From contig JBBQFH010000008.1 of NCBI GenBank assembly GCA_038321865.1, forward strand, positions 50,517-114,516: a stretch of 64,000 nucleotides of DNA, read 5' to 3'. The position numbers and the translations under genes were made by a program. The notes beneath the pieces were generated by a model that did no database searches, had not been told where the DNA came from, and saw only the letters and a program-made list of their open reading frames with translations. How positions within the stretch are numbered: position 1 is the first letter of the stretch; every line of letters begins with the position of its first letter. This document shows, one piece after another, positions 56,134 to 64,000 of this stretch. The DNA is from Gemmatimonadales bacterium (GTDB lineage: Bacteria > Gemmatimonadota > Gemmatimonadetes > Gemmatimonadales > GWC2-71-9).

Positions 56134-57240
56134 CTATCTGCCGGTATGCGTGCGGAGATAGGCCGCGACGGTCCGGGCCTCGTCGTCGGTCAGGCCGAGG
56201 TTGAGCATGAGCACGCCGTGCTTGATCGCCTGCGGATTGTGAATCCAGCGGGCGAGATTCTCATCGGTGTTGCGCAGGGTGCCGGCGGCGATGTATTTCC
56301 GCGCGCCGACGTTGGACAGATTCGGCCCCAGCAGATTCCGGCTGAACTTCACCGCGTTCAGCGCGTGGCATCCGGTGCAGCCCTTGGTCAGGAAGAGCTT
56401 CGCGCCCGCGGTGGTGTCGGGCCCGGACGGTGCGGTCGCCGCCACGGCCGGAGTCCCCGTCACGCTGTCCGCCGGTGCCGGCGCCCCGGTACCCTGGAGG
56501 CCCTTGATGTACGCGTCGAAATCGGCCTCGGCCTCGGCCGCCACATGGAAGGCCATCCGGCCATGCTGCGTCCCGCAGAATTCGGCGCACTGCCCCGGGT
56601 AGAACCCCGCCGAATCGGCCCGGAACCAGAGCGTCGTCTTCCGGTCGGGGAAGACGTCCCGCTTGGCACCGAGCTGCGGCATCCAGAAACTGTGCAGCAC
56701 GTCGAACGCACCCATCTTGAGCGACACGGTCCGGCCCACCGGGACGTGCAGCTCGTTGGCGGTCGTCACCCCGTACTGCGGATAGCGAAACTCCCACCAC
56801 CACTGGTGCCCCGTCACCTCCACCTGCAGCACGTTGCCGCCGCTCGGCTGTTCGTAGGTTCTGAAGATCGCGCGCACCGTCGGAACGGCGATCATGGCCA
56901 GAATCAGCGCCGGAATGGCGGTCCACATGATTTCCAGGGTGGTGTTCCCGTGCGTCTGCGTCGGCTCGGGATCGTCCGGCTTGCCGCGAAAGTGCAGGAT
57001 GGCCCAGACCAGCGCGCCCTCGACCAGCACGAACACGCCGGCGGCCCAGTACACGGTGGTCATGAACACGCCGTCGATCATCCGCGTGAAGTCGGACTTC
57101 GGGCTCAGCGTGCTCTGCGGGTAGCCTCCGCCGCACGCCGCCAGCAGCAGCAGCAGAAGCACGGGCGCAAGCGGAAGCGCGCGTCGCACGGCAGCGGCTC
57201 GGGAGACCATCACGCGGTTTTCCTGTCGGGAGAAGGACAT
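56134..57240 (-). CDS. ctaC: Cytochrome c oxidase subunit II with fused cytochrome c (caa3 type)
   Basis: Lipobox LAAC, QWWW, DVLHSFW, CuA motif CAEFCGTQHGRM and heme motif CTGCH. The start may be ATG 57210. Confidence 0.95.
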   Translation of the reverse strand: MSFSRQENRVMVSRAAAVRRALPLAPVLLLLLLAACGGGYPQSTLSPKSDFTRMIDGVFMTTVYWAAGVFVLVEGALVWAILHFRGKPDDPEPTQTHGNTTLEIMWTAIPALILAMIAVPTVRAIFRTYEQPSGGNVLQVEVTGHQWWWEFRYPQYGVTTANELHVPVGRTVSLKMGAFDVLHSFWMPQLGAKRDVFPDRKTTLWFRADSAGFYPGQCAEFCGTQHGRMAFHVAAEAEADFDAYIKGLQGTGAPAPADSVTGTPAVAATAPSGPDTTAGAKLFLTKGCTGCHALNAVKFSRNLLGPNLSNVGARKYIAAGTLRNTDENLARWIHNPQAIKHGVLMLNLGLTDDEARTVAAYLRTHTGR

Positions 57241-57266
57241 GCGAGCCCGGAGTTTCAGGACGCGTG

Positions 57267-57295
57267 ACTTTAGCGCCTTCCGGCCATGAAATCAA
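57267..57295 (-). promoter_or_regulatory. Sigma70-type promoter of the cox operon
   Basis: Minus strand reads TTGATT-N17-TAAAGT. Confidence 0.6.
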
Positions 57296-57319
57296 GCAGT
57301 TGCGAGCCTCGGCGGACGG

Positions 57320-57997
57320 CTATTCCGCCCGGCGGATCACCATGTCGAACGGCACCGCTTCGTCGATCGCGTAGATGTAGTGCCACCACTCCTGGTCATA
57401 GTTCGTGAACCCCTCCGACTCCATCACGCGCTTGAGCCGCAGCCGGTTGGTCCGGGCGCCGCCCGACGCGTTCGCTGTGTGGGCCGCCGCCGTGAAGGCA
57501 TCAAACGGCGTGCCCATGTCGAGCGGCTGGCCGGTCGCGAGCGCCACCAGCGTCAGATCCACGGCCACGCCCTGGTTGTGCCGGCTTCGCCGTGCCACGT
57601 ATCCCTGGTCCAGCACCCAGGTCTGGCCGGTACGCTCCGCCCACGCGACCATGGCGAGCGTCGCCCGCAGCGGGCGGTACCCGTCATACACGCGCAGTCC
57701 CAGCCCCTCCGCCCGGAGCCGCCCCTGCACCCGCCCCAGCGCCGCGGCGGCCTCCCGCCGGAGCAGTGCCCGGTTGGCCTCGTAACCGGGCAGCACCGCG
57801 CCGGTGAAATTGTTCGTCGTGGCGTAGCGGGCCTCGACCGAAATGGTGCTGTCGGCCACACGGACATCCTGCAGCAGCGAGCGCGCCGCGGAGTCGGAGG
57901 CGGTGGGCATGGGAGCGGTGTTCGCGACGGCCGCCGGCGCGGGATGCGAGCATGCGGCGGCGAGCCCGAGGGCAGCGGCGAGGAGCGGGCGAGGCAT
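57320..57997 (-). CDS. ddpX: D-Ala-D-Ala dipeptidase (M15D, VanX/DdpX-like) lipoprotein
   Basis: Lipobox AAAC, RYATTNNFTG, YDGYRP, SRHNQGVAVD (SxHxxGxAxD) and EWWHY. Confidence 0.9.
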   Translation of the reverse strand: MPRPLLAAALGLAAACSHPAPAAVANTAPMPTASDSAARSLLQDVRVADSTISVEARYATTNNFTGAVLPGYEANRALLRREAAAALGRVQGRLRAEGLGLRVYDGYRPLRATLAMVAWAERTGQTWVLDQGYVARRSRHNQGVAVDLTLVALATGQPLDMGTPFDAFTAAAHTANASGGARTNRLRLKRVMESEGFTNYDQEWWHYIYAIDEAVPFDMVIRRAE

Positions 57998-58005
57998 GAG
58001 CGAGG

Positions 58006-58935
58006 CTACAGCCGGGGCGACGGAAGCGCCACCAGCACCGCCGTCACCGCCAGCAGCGCCGCCCCGATCACCAGTTCGGTGGTGGCCGACATCTGGAGCC
58101 GCGCGGCGCCGGGCGCCGCACCGAGCGCGGGCCGCACCCGAAGCCAGTTGAAGGCGCCCAGCGCCGCAACCCCAGTGAGCAGCCCCACCTTGAGCACCAG
58201 CGCCCGACCGTAGCTGGTGCTCCAGAATCCGGCTATCGACCCGACGTTGAGCCAGGCGAGCACCACCCCGAGCGCGACGGCCATCCCCGCCCCGAAGAGC
58301 GCGATCGGAGAATAGGCGTGGACGACCGCCGCGACCGCCCGCTCGCGATCGGCCGGCGAGCCGCGCGTCGCCAGCAGCGTCACCATCAGGAGGATGAACA
58401 GGGTGCCGAGCCAGATCCCGCCGCCGAGCAGATGCAGCCCCTGCAGCGCGACGCCGGCCACGGCACCCAGGCGGCTTTCAATCGCATGGCCGGTGAGGGG
58501 CTGGGTGAACGCGGCGATCGCCGTGCCGGCCGCGGCGATCGTCCACCCTGCCCGGAGCCGGCGTGCGAGGACCAGCCCCACGGCGGCGAGCACTGCGGCC
58601 GCCCCCTGCACCGACCACATCAGGCCCCAGCTCCCGGCACCGGAAAACCACGGCGTGACGGTCGCGAACGTCATCGGATCGCCCGGGTCCAGCGCCGATT
58701 GTGCCTGGAACCAGAGCCGGAGGAGGGCGGAGAGCATCAGACCGATGGCGGCGGCGATCCCGGCCCGGCGGCAGCGGCGCCGGAGCTCCATGCCCACCGG
58801 CCCGCCCACGGCCTGGTCCACAACCGTTCGCCCGATCAGGCCGCGGAAGACGCACGACCCGATCAGCCCGAACAGCGCGAGGTACCCGAGCCACCGGCTC
58901 GCCGCATACAGGTCGAGCGGCAAGCCGGCGTCCAC
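58006..58935 (-). CDS. copD: Copper resistance/uptake membrane protein CopD
   Basis: About 8 TMs, LTGHA, LHLLGGGIWLG and TSYGRALVLK...GAFN; follows copC. Confidence 0.88.
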   Translation of the reverse strand: MDAGLPLDLYAASRWLGYLALFGLIGSCVFRGLIGRTVVDQAVGGPVGMELRRRCRRAGIAAAIGLMLSALLRLWFQAQSALDPGDPMTFATVTPWFSGAGSWGLMWSVQGAAAVLAAVGLVLARRLRAGWTIAAAGTAIAAFTQPLTGHAIESRLGAVAGVALQGLHLLGGGIWLGTLFILLMVTLLATRGSPADRERAVAAVVHAYSPIALFGAGMAVALGVVLAWLNVGSIAGFWSTSYGRALVLKVGLLTGVAALGAFNWLRVRPALGAAPGAARLQMSATTELVIGAALLAVTAVLVALPSPRL

Positions 58936-58937
58936 GG

Positions 58938-59333
58938 CTATTTGTGTGCGTGGGGCGCGGGGGCGGCGGGTAGCGCCGGGGCGGGCGCTGTCGTCGAATA
59001 GGTGAATCGATAGGAGCCGCGCACGACGTGGCCATCGCGGGAGGCCGTCCGCCAGACCACGACATAGAGCCCCGGCGTGAGCCCGGCGGGCACCTTGGCC
59101 GCCACGGTCAGCGTGTCCGGCCCCTTGGCGACATGGGGTAACGCGACGGCGCTGCTGTCGGCCCGGAACAGCTTCACGCTGGTGAGCGGAAGTTCCGGCC
59201 GCCCGCTGAAGGTGAGCCGGATTTCCGCCGGCGCGCTGCGGACGACCGCGTTTGTCGCCGGGACGCTCCCGGTCAGGTGCGTGTGAAAGAATGCCGCGCC
59301 GGCACCGAGCAGAACGAGCGAGAGGACACGCAT
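58938..59333 (-). CDS. copC: Periplasmic copper-binding protein CopC
   Basis: Signal peptide then HTHL..S.P, P.EIRLTFS and Y.VVWRTASRDGH...G. ATG at 59333 with SD AGGAG. Confidence 0.9.
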   Translation of the reverse strand: MRVLSLVLLGAGAAFFHTHLTGSVPATNAVVRSAPAEIRLTFSGRPELPLTSVKLFRADSSAVALPHVAKGPDTLTVAAKVPAGLTPGLYVVVWRTASRDGHVVRGSYRFTYSTTAPAPALPAAPAPHAHK

Positions 59334-59551
59334 GACTGCCAAACTCCTGATAAAGGTCCGGACAGCGCGTAACGTAGTGGAAAGGGCCCCGGGCCGGGAG
59401 CTACCCCACTTGGGAAACATCGGCTGGAGCACCCTGGTTTCCCCGCCCCGGGGCGACAACGCAAACACAGGACTCACAAGGGCTTGGCCGCGCCACGATG
59501 CGCAAGTCGGCACGACGTGGTATGTTGCGTCAGTCATTTGAGCATACTGGA

Positions 59552-59589
59552 GCCCAGGGACGCCGGTGCGCCCTGGGCAGACTCTTTTT
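59552..59589 (+). terminator. Leader hairpin with T-run upstream of greA
   Basis: GCCCAGGG-a-CGC/cggt/GCG-CCCTGGGC followed by AGACTCTTTTT, ending 15 bp before the greA ATG. Confidence 0.45.
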
Positions 59590-59603
59590 ACGCCTGATGA
59601 GCC

Positions 59604-60101
59604 ATGATCCGTGAAATGCGGGAAAAGCTGAGCGCCGAGATCGATCAGCTCAGCCACGAACTGAATGTGACCCTGCCCCAGGCCATCGCGCAGGCCGTCG
59701 AGCTGGGCGATCTCCGGGAGAATTCCGAATACAAGGCGGCGCTCGAGCGCCAGCAGTTCGTGCAGGCGCGGCTGGGCCAGCTGCACCAGCGGCTGAACCA
59801 GCTCAGCCAGCTGGCCAATACCGAGGCGCCCACCGACCGTGTCGGGCTGGGCTCCCGCGTGACGGTGCTCGATCTGGACACGCGCGAGACCGACGTCTAT
59901 ATGGTAGTGCTCGCCGAGATGATGGATATCGACGCCGGCCACATCTCCCTCATGTCCCCGCTGGGTCGTGCCCTGGCCGACGGCCGGGTGGGAGATGAAG
60001 TCTCGCTCCGCCTGCCGACCACCAGCCGGAAGCTCCGCATCACCGAGCTGGTGACGGTGCACCAGATGGAATCGGCGGACGGCACGGCGGCCCGGCGGTG
60101 A
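59604..60101 (+). CDS. greA: Transcription elongation factor GreA
   Basis: GDLRENSEYKAA, VGLGSRVT and ISLMSPLGRAL. Confidence 0.93.
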   Translation: MIREMREKLSAEIDQLSHELNVTLPQAIAQAVELGDLRENSEYKAALERQQFVQARLGQLHQRLNQLSQLANTEAPTDRVGLGSRVTVLDLDTRETDVYMVVLAEMMDIDAGHISLMSPLGRALADGRVGDEVSLRLPTTSRKLRITELVTVHQMESADGTAARR

Positions 60102-60454
60102 AGAAGGAGTTGCTCGTCGTCGGTGACCGGGTCCTGATCACGCCCGAGGAGGGCGACGACCGGACCCACGTCGGCCTCTACCTGCCGCCCACCGCGCTCG
60201 ACGCCCAGCAGGTGCAGAGCGGCCTCATCGTGGCCACGGGGCCCGGCGACGCGGTGCCCGATATCAGCAGCCTCGATGAGGAGCCCTGGAAGGCGCACCG
60301 GCGCGAGGGCCGGCGCGGCATGCAGGCGAAGATCGGGGATCACGCGATCTTCTTTCGCAAGGCGGCGGTGGAGATCACCTTCGAAAACGAGAAGTATCTG
60401 GTCGTGCCCCAGGCCGCGATTCTGGTCCTCGTCAGGCACGACATCGACATCTGA
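60098..60454 (+). CDS. GroES-like co-chaperonin (stand-alone)
   Basis: GDRVLI, GLYLP, G.IVATGPG and ..KIGD; no groEL in the window. Confidence 0.85.
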   Translation: MKKELLVVGDRVLITPEEGDDRTHVGLYLPPTALDAQQVQSGLIVATGPGDAVPDISSLDEEPWKAHRREGRRGMQAKIGDHAIFFRKAAVEITFENEKYLVVPQAAILVLVRHDIDI

Positions 60455-60469
60455 ACCGGCGGCGCTGAC

Positions 60470-60997
60470 GTGTGCTACATCCTGTACGTCGCGAGCCCGC
60501 TCACCCTGAGCGAAATCCGCTCGATGCTCCCCGCCGGCATCACCGCCCACGGCCTCTCGCCGGACGACGAGCGCCGGCTCCGGCGCGATTTCCGGCCCGC
60601 CCGGACCGTCGCCTCCCTCCTCATCGGCCCCTGCAGCTGCGACCTCGTGCTCGACCGTGATCCGGCGGAGCATCTCGAAGAACGCGAGCTGCGCGCCCGC
60701 TTCGCCGGATTCCGGATGCCGCGCGCCGAGGTGATCCGCGCGCTCGATGCGCACCGCGGCCGCGGCGACGCGGAGCCGGCCGAACCCGCCGCGCGCTGGC
60801 GCCGGATACTGGCGGCGTTCGTCGCCGAACACGCCCGAAATGCCGGGCCCACCGTCTTCTGGCTCCGTTTCGCGCGGGGCGGCGCCGCCGAATCACCGCC
60901 CGATCCGCCTCGGCCGGAGCCGGTGACCGTGGCCGAGGTGTGTGCGGCTCCGGATGCGTGGCTGAGCGAAGGCGTTCCCCGACTGGTAATCCGCTGA
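60470..60997 (+). CDS. Hypothetical protein with Cys motifs
   Basis: 175-aa ORF in the greA run; MCYILY N-terminus and GPCSCD. Confidence 0.65.
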   Translation: MCYILYVASPLTLSEIRSMLPAGITAHGLSPDDERRLRRDFRPARTVASLLIGPCSCDLVLDRDPAEHLEERELRARFAGFRMPRAEVIRALDAHRGRGDAEPAEPAARWRRILAAFVAEHARNAGPTVFWLRFARGGAAESPPDPPRPEPVTVAEVCAAPDAWLSEGVPRLVIR

Positions 60998-61001
60998 GGC
61001 G

Positions 61002-61850
61002 ATGCGGTACGAATCCGGGACAATCGAGGGTCGCAGCGGCGTGCGGCTGTTTCACCAGGCGTGGCTGCCGGACGCTGAGCCACCTCGCGCCGCCCTCATC
61101 AACCTGCATGGCCTGGGAGACCACGGCGGCCTCTATCCCGCGCTGAGCGAGTGGCTCACTCCGCGCGGAATTGCCGTGCATGCGCTCGATCTCCGGGGAC
61201 ACGGGCGCTCCGGCGGCCAGCGTGCGTTCATCCGGGACTGGCGCGAGTACCGGGATGACCTGGACACCTTCGTCCGGCTGGTCGGGGCGCGAGGATCCGG
61301 CCGCCCCTTCCTGCTCGGCAACAGTCTCGGCGGGCTCGTGGTACTGGAGTATGCGCTGCACCACGCCGACCGGCTGGCCGGGGTGATCGCGGCGGCTCCC
61401 GCGATCGGGCCGGTCGGCGTCCCGCCACTGCTGATGGCGCTGGGCCGCGTGATGTCGCGCATCTGGCCGCGATTTTCGCTGGAGGCGGGCCTCGATCTTG
61501 GTGGACTCTCGCGCGATCCGGCGGCGGCGGAGACCCTGGTGCAGGACTCCCTCTTCCATCGAAAGGGCACCGCGCGCCTGTCGACCGAGGTCACCGCGGC
61601 GATCGCCCGCGTCCAGTCGATGGCGTCGAACCTCGACCTGCCGGTGCTGCTGATGCACGGCACTGCCGACCGCATGGTGCCTCCCGCCGGAACCCGGGAT
61701 TTCTTTCAGCGGCTCACCGTCGCCGACCGCACGCTGATCGAGTATCCGGGCGGCTATCACGCACTCTTCGCCGATCTCGACACGCCCCAGGTGCTGGCCG
61801 ACCTGACGGCCTGGATCGAGCGCCACATTCAGGATCCTGCTCAGCGATGA
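61002..61850 (+). CDS. Lysophospholipase/monoacylglycerol lipase (Hydrolase_4)
   Basis: HGLGDH, DLRGHGRSGG, GNSLGG, HGTAD and YPGGYH. Confidence 0.9.
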   Translation: MRYESGTIEGRSGVRLFHQAWLPDAEPPRAALINLHGLGDHGGLYPALSEWLTPRGIAVHALDLRGHGRSGGQRAFIRDWREYRDDLDTFVRLVGARGSGRPFLLGNSLGGLVVLEYALHHADRLAGVIAAAPAIGPVGVPPLLMALGRVMSRIWPRFSLEAGLDLGGLSRDPAAAETLVQDSLFHRKGTARLSTEVTAAIARVQSMASNLDLPVLLMHGTADRMVPPAGTRDFFQRLTVADRTLIEYPGGYHALFADLDTPQVLADLTAWIERHIQDPAQR

Positions 61851-62284
61851 CCGTTCCGTCACGGACGGCCTCCGCGGTCACCACCTTCGGCCGGGCGCTC
61901 CGGCGCCGCTGCCCTCACTGCGGCGGCGGACCCGCGTTCGTTTCCTGGATCCGGATGCTGCCCAACTGCCCGGTGTGCGGCCTCCGCTTCGAACGCGGCG
62001 AGCGCGGTTACTGGCTGGGTGCCTATTTCTTCAACCTGATGGCGATGGAGACGGTATTTCTCGCCTGGATCCTCGGCGCCCTCGCATGGACGTGGCCCGA
62101 CACACCATGGTCCCGGCTCGAGTGGGAAACGGTCGCGCTGATGCTGGTGATGCCGATCGCGTTCTATCCCTTCAGCAAGACGCTCTTCCTCGCCTTCGAC
62201 CATATCGTCCGGCCGGTGACGGACGAAGACTTCGGTGGACCGGTCGAGTTGGGTCGCCGCTCACTTCGGGGGCCGCCCAGCTGA
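61847..62284 (+). CDS. DUF983 membrane protein
   Basis: CPHCG...CPVCG Zn ribbon followed by two TMs and PFSK. Confidence 0.85.
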   Translation: MTVPSRTASAVTTFGRALRRRCPHCGGGPAFVSWIRMLPNCPVCGLRFERGERGYWLGAYFFNLMAMETVFLAWILGALAWTWPDTPWSRLEWETVALMLVMPIAFYPFSKTLFLAFDHIVRPVTDEDFGGPVELGRRSLRGPPS

Positions 62285-62295
62285 ATTCCGCCGGA

Positions 62296-62326
62296 TTGAC
62301 CCGGCCTGGTTTCGGTGTATATTCGG
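62296..62326 (+). promoter_or_regulatory. Sigma70-like promoter overlapped by a TTCGG-N6-TTCGG direct repeat
   Basis: TTGACC (62296-62301), N16, TATATT (62318-62323). TTCGG at 62311-62315 and 62322-62326 straddle the -10 element. Confidence 0.55.
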
Positions 62327-62359
62327 GTGCAGCGACGGACCCCGAATGCGAGTGTTGCG

Positions 62360-62515
62360 ATGCCCGCCACCAACCCCCGGCCGAATCCGCCCGGCAGCCG
62401 ATCCGATCCCCAGCCCTGCAGCGGCATCCGGGTGTGCCCCGAGTGTGCCGGCCCGATCGTGCGGAGCTCCGGCTGCGTCGCCTGTGCGCAGTGCGGCTGG
62501 GGCCGGTGCGGCTAG
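62360..62515 (+). CDS. Small Zn-ribbon protein resembling the class II ribonucleotide reductase C-terminal tail
   Basis: 51 aa ending CPECAGPIVRSSGCVACAQCGWGRCG*; its stop overlaps the GTG of the radical SAM gene. Confidence 0.6.
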   Translation: MPATNPRPNPPGSRSDPQPCSGIRVCPECAGPIVRSSGCVACAQCGWGRCG

Positions 62516-63201
62516 TGTCCCCCTCGGGCCCGCAGCTCCCGCTGCTGGGAGAGCGTCCCACGCTTGCCCGCTGGGAATCCCTCGACGAGCGCGCTCGCGG
62601 AACGACCTTCGTGTCGCTCCCGGTGCGGACCATGCTCAATTCGCCTGCTGCCACCGGGATGGGGTTCTGGTCGGTGAACCCGTACATCGGCTGCGAGTTC
62701 GGCTGCACCTACTGCTACGCCCGCGATACGCACCGCTACACCGTGGAGCGGGCGCACCACGAGGGCCGGCTGGACGACGCGGCCTTCCGAGATTTTCGCG
62801 GTGAGGAAGGATGGGAGGCATTCGAGAACCGGATCCTGGTCAAGCGCGATGCCGCGGCCGTACTGGCCCGCACCCTCGACCCGCGCCGCCTCCGCGGCAG
62901 CACGCTGGTGATCGGGACCGCCACCGATCCCTATCAGCCCGCCGAACGTCGCTTTGGCCTCACCCGGTCACTGCTGGAAATGCTTCAGGGATACCGCGGC
63001 CTCTCCATCGGCATCATTACCAAGTCCCCGCTGGTCACGCGCGACCTGGATCTGCTGGCGCGGCTTTCAGAGCGGCACCATCTGAGCGTGCACGTCTCGA
63101 TCGCCAAGCGGCACGGCTTTGCGGTGGGGTCCGGCATGGGTGGGGAGCGCTACCACATCAGCGACGTCGAGCCGGCCAACCAGCAGGGGGTGTTGCTCTA
63201 G
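62515..63201 (+). CDS. Radical SAM protein, SplB/Rv2578c-like, apparently internally deleted
   Basis: SVNPYIGCEFGCTYCYAR, FENRILVK, GTATDPYQPAE and ITKSPLV.RDLD. Only 228 aa, and similarity ends abruptly after VHVSIA. Confidence 0.8.
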   Translation: MSPSGPQLPLLGERPTLARWESLDERARGTTFVSLPVRTMLNSPAATGMGFWSVNPYIGCEFGCTYCYARDTHRYTVERAHHEGRLDDAAFRDFRGEEGWEAFENRILVKRDAAAVLARTLDPRRLRGSTLVIGTATDPYQPAERRFGLTRSLLEMLQGYRGLSIGIITKSPLVTRDLDLLARLSERHHLSVHVSIAKRHGFAVGSGMGGERYHISDVEPANQQGVLL

Positions 63202-63202
63202 G

Positions 63203-64000
63203 TCAGTCCCACACCGCCACGATTTTCCCGAACGTCTCATTCCGTTCCATCAGCTCGTGTGCGGCGCCGACGTCGCTCATGGATACGGTACGATCCACGA
63301 CCGGCCTGAGCGCACCGTGCTCGAACAGCGGTACCATCCGGTCGGTGAACTCGCGCGCGAGTGCCACGCGCTCCTCCAGTCCACGCGTCCGCATCACCGT
63401 GCCGATCACCTCGAGGCGTTTCCGCAGGATGTCGGTCAGATCGGCCTGCACCACGCTACCCGTCAGCAAGCCGAGCAGGATCAGCCGGCCGCGCAGCGCC
63501 AGCACGGCCAGATTGTCGGCAAAGGCCGCCGCCCCGAGCACATCCACGATGACATCCACCGGCTCGTGCACTTGCGATCGGAACGAGCCGGCGCTGGTAT
63601 CGATCCCGGCATCGAGGCCGAACATGACCGCCCGGGCAAGTTTCTCCGGGCTCCGTGAGGTGCCGAGCACGGTGGCGCCCAGCCGATGCGCGATCTGCGA
63701 TGCGGCGGTGCCGAGGCCGCTGCCGACGGCGTGGATCAGGACACGCTCCCCCTCGCGGATTCGGGCGCGGGTGACCAAGGCGTCGTAGGCGGTCAGGAAC
63801 GATTCCGGAATCGCGGCGGCTTCCACCCATGTCAACCCGTTGGGCACCGGCAGCATCTCATCCTCGTGGCCGACGACGAACTCCGCCTGTCCGCCGCCGC
63901 CGACCAGCCCCATGACCCGGTCGCCCACCCGCCAGCGCGTGACGTCCGCCCGGACGGCCTCGACCTCGCCGGCGAACTCGAGGCCGGGTATGTCGGTCGG
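63203..64000 (-). CDS. NAD(P)H:quinone oxidoreductase, PIG3/zeta-crystallin family (5' end outside the window)
   Basis: IPGLEFAGEV, GLVGGGGQAE, AAAIPESFLTA, HAVGSGLGTAA and FGKIV. Confidence 0.92.
   Translation of the reverse strand, partial: PTDIPGLEFAGEVEAVRADVTRWRVGDRVMGLVGGGGQAEFVVGHEDEMLPVPNGLTWVEAAAIPESFLTAYDALVTRARIREGERVLIHAVGSGLGTAASQIAHRLGATVLGTSRSPEKLARAVMFGLDAGIDTSAGSFRSQVHEPVDVIVDVLGAAAFADNLAVLALRGRLILLGLLTGSVVQADLTDILRKRLEVIGTVMRTRGLEERVALAREFTDRMVPLFEHGALRPVVDRTVSMSDVGAAHELMERNETFGKIVAVWD

Noticed and set aside
57320..57997. Vancomycin resistance locus
   Set aside because: The VanX-like gene is a lipoprotein with no vanH/vanA/vanRS neighbours; more likely a housekeeping D,D-dipeptidase.

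Overview
Very GC-rich, gene-dense bacterial chromosome segment. Gene content and style suggest Gemmatimonadota (inference from content only). About 67 CDS; no rRNA, tRNA, CRISPR array or recognisable mobile element was found. Main blocks: a DtxR/MntR-family gene start with an operator-like palindrome; hydrolases; a decayed hybrid kinase; an orphan adenine-methyltransferase + SF2 helicase pair; DUF47-PiT; an arginine biosynthesis operon (argG-X-argC-argD-argF'-argB-argE-argH-argR) with an ARG box; a paired active/inactive M42 peptidase; two OmpA-family proteins; transporters; a PAS/GAF kinase-regulator pair; an ECF sigma/zinc anti-sigma/DUF4097 operon; tesA-ybbAP; a plastid/chlamydial-type FabI; a caa3-type oxidase operon near copCD; greA-groES; and a Zn-ribbon + radical SAM unit. 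The most interesting signal is the arg operon. It has no argA/argJ, but carries an uncharacterised DUF1611-like P-loop protein, and its ArgF' has Val at the residue that switches acetyl/succinyl specificity. Together these suggest a new first enzyme and possibly an N-succinylated arginine pathway. Other leads: the MTase-helicase pair, dense Bacteroidota-type O-glycosylation sequons in an OmpA linker, a shared ECF promoter motif, and a candidate SOS-type operator. All family calls come from reading motifs by eye, without database searches; several start codons were re-chosen from the ORF track.
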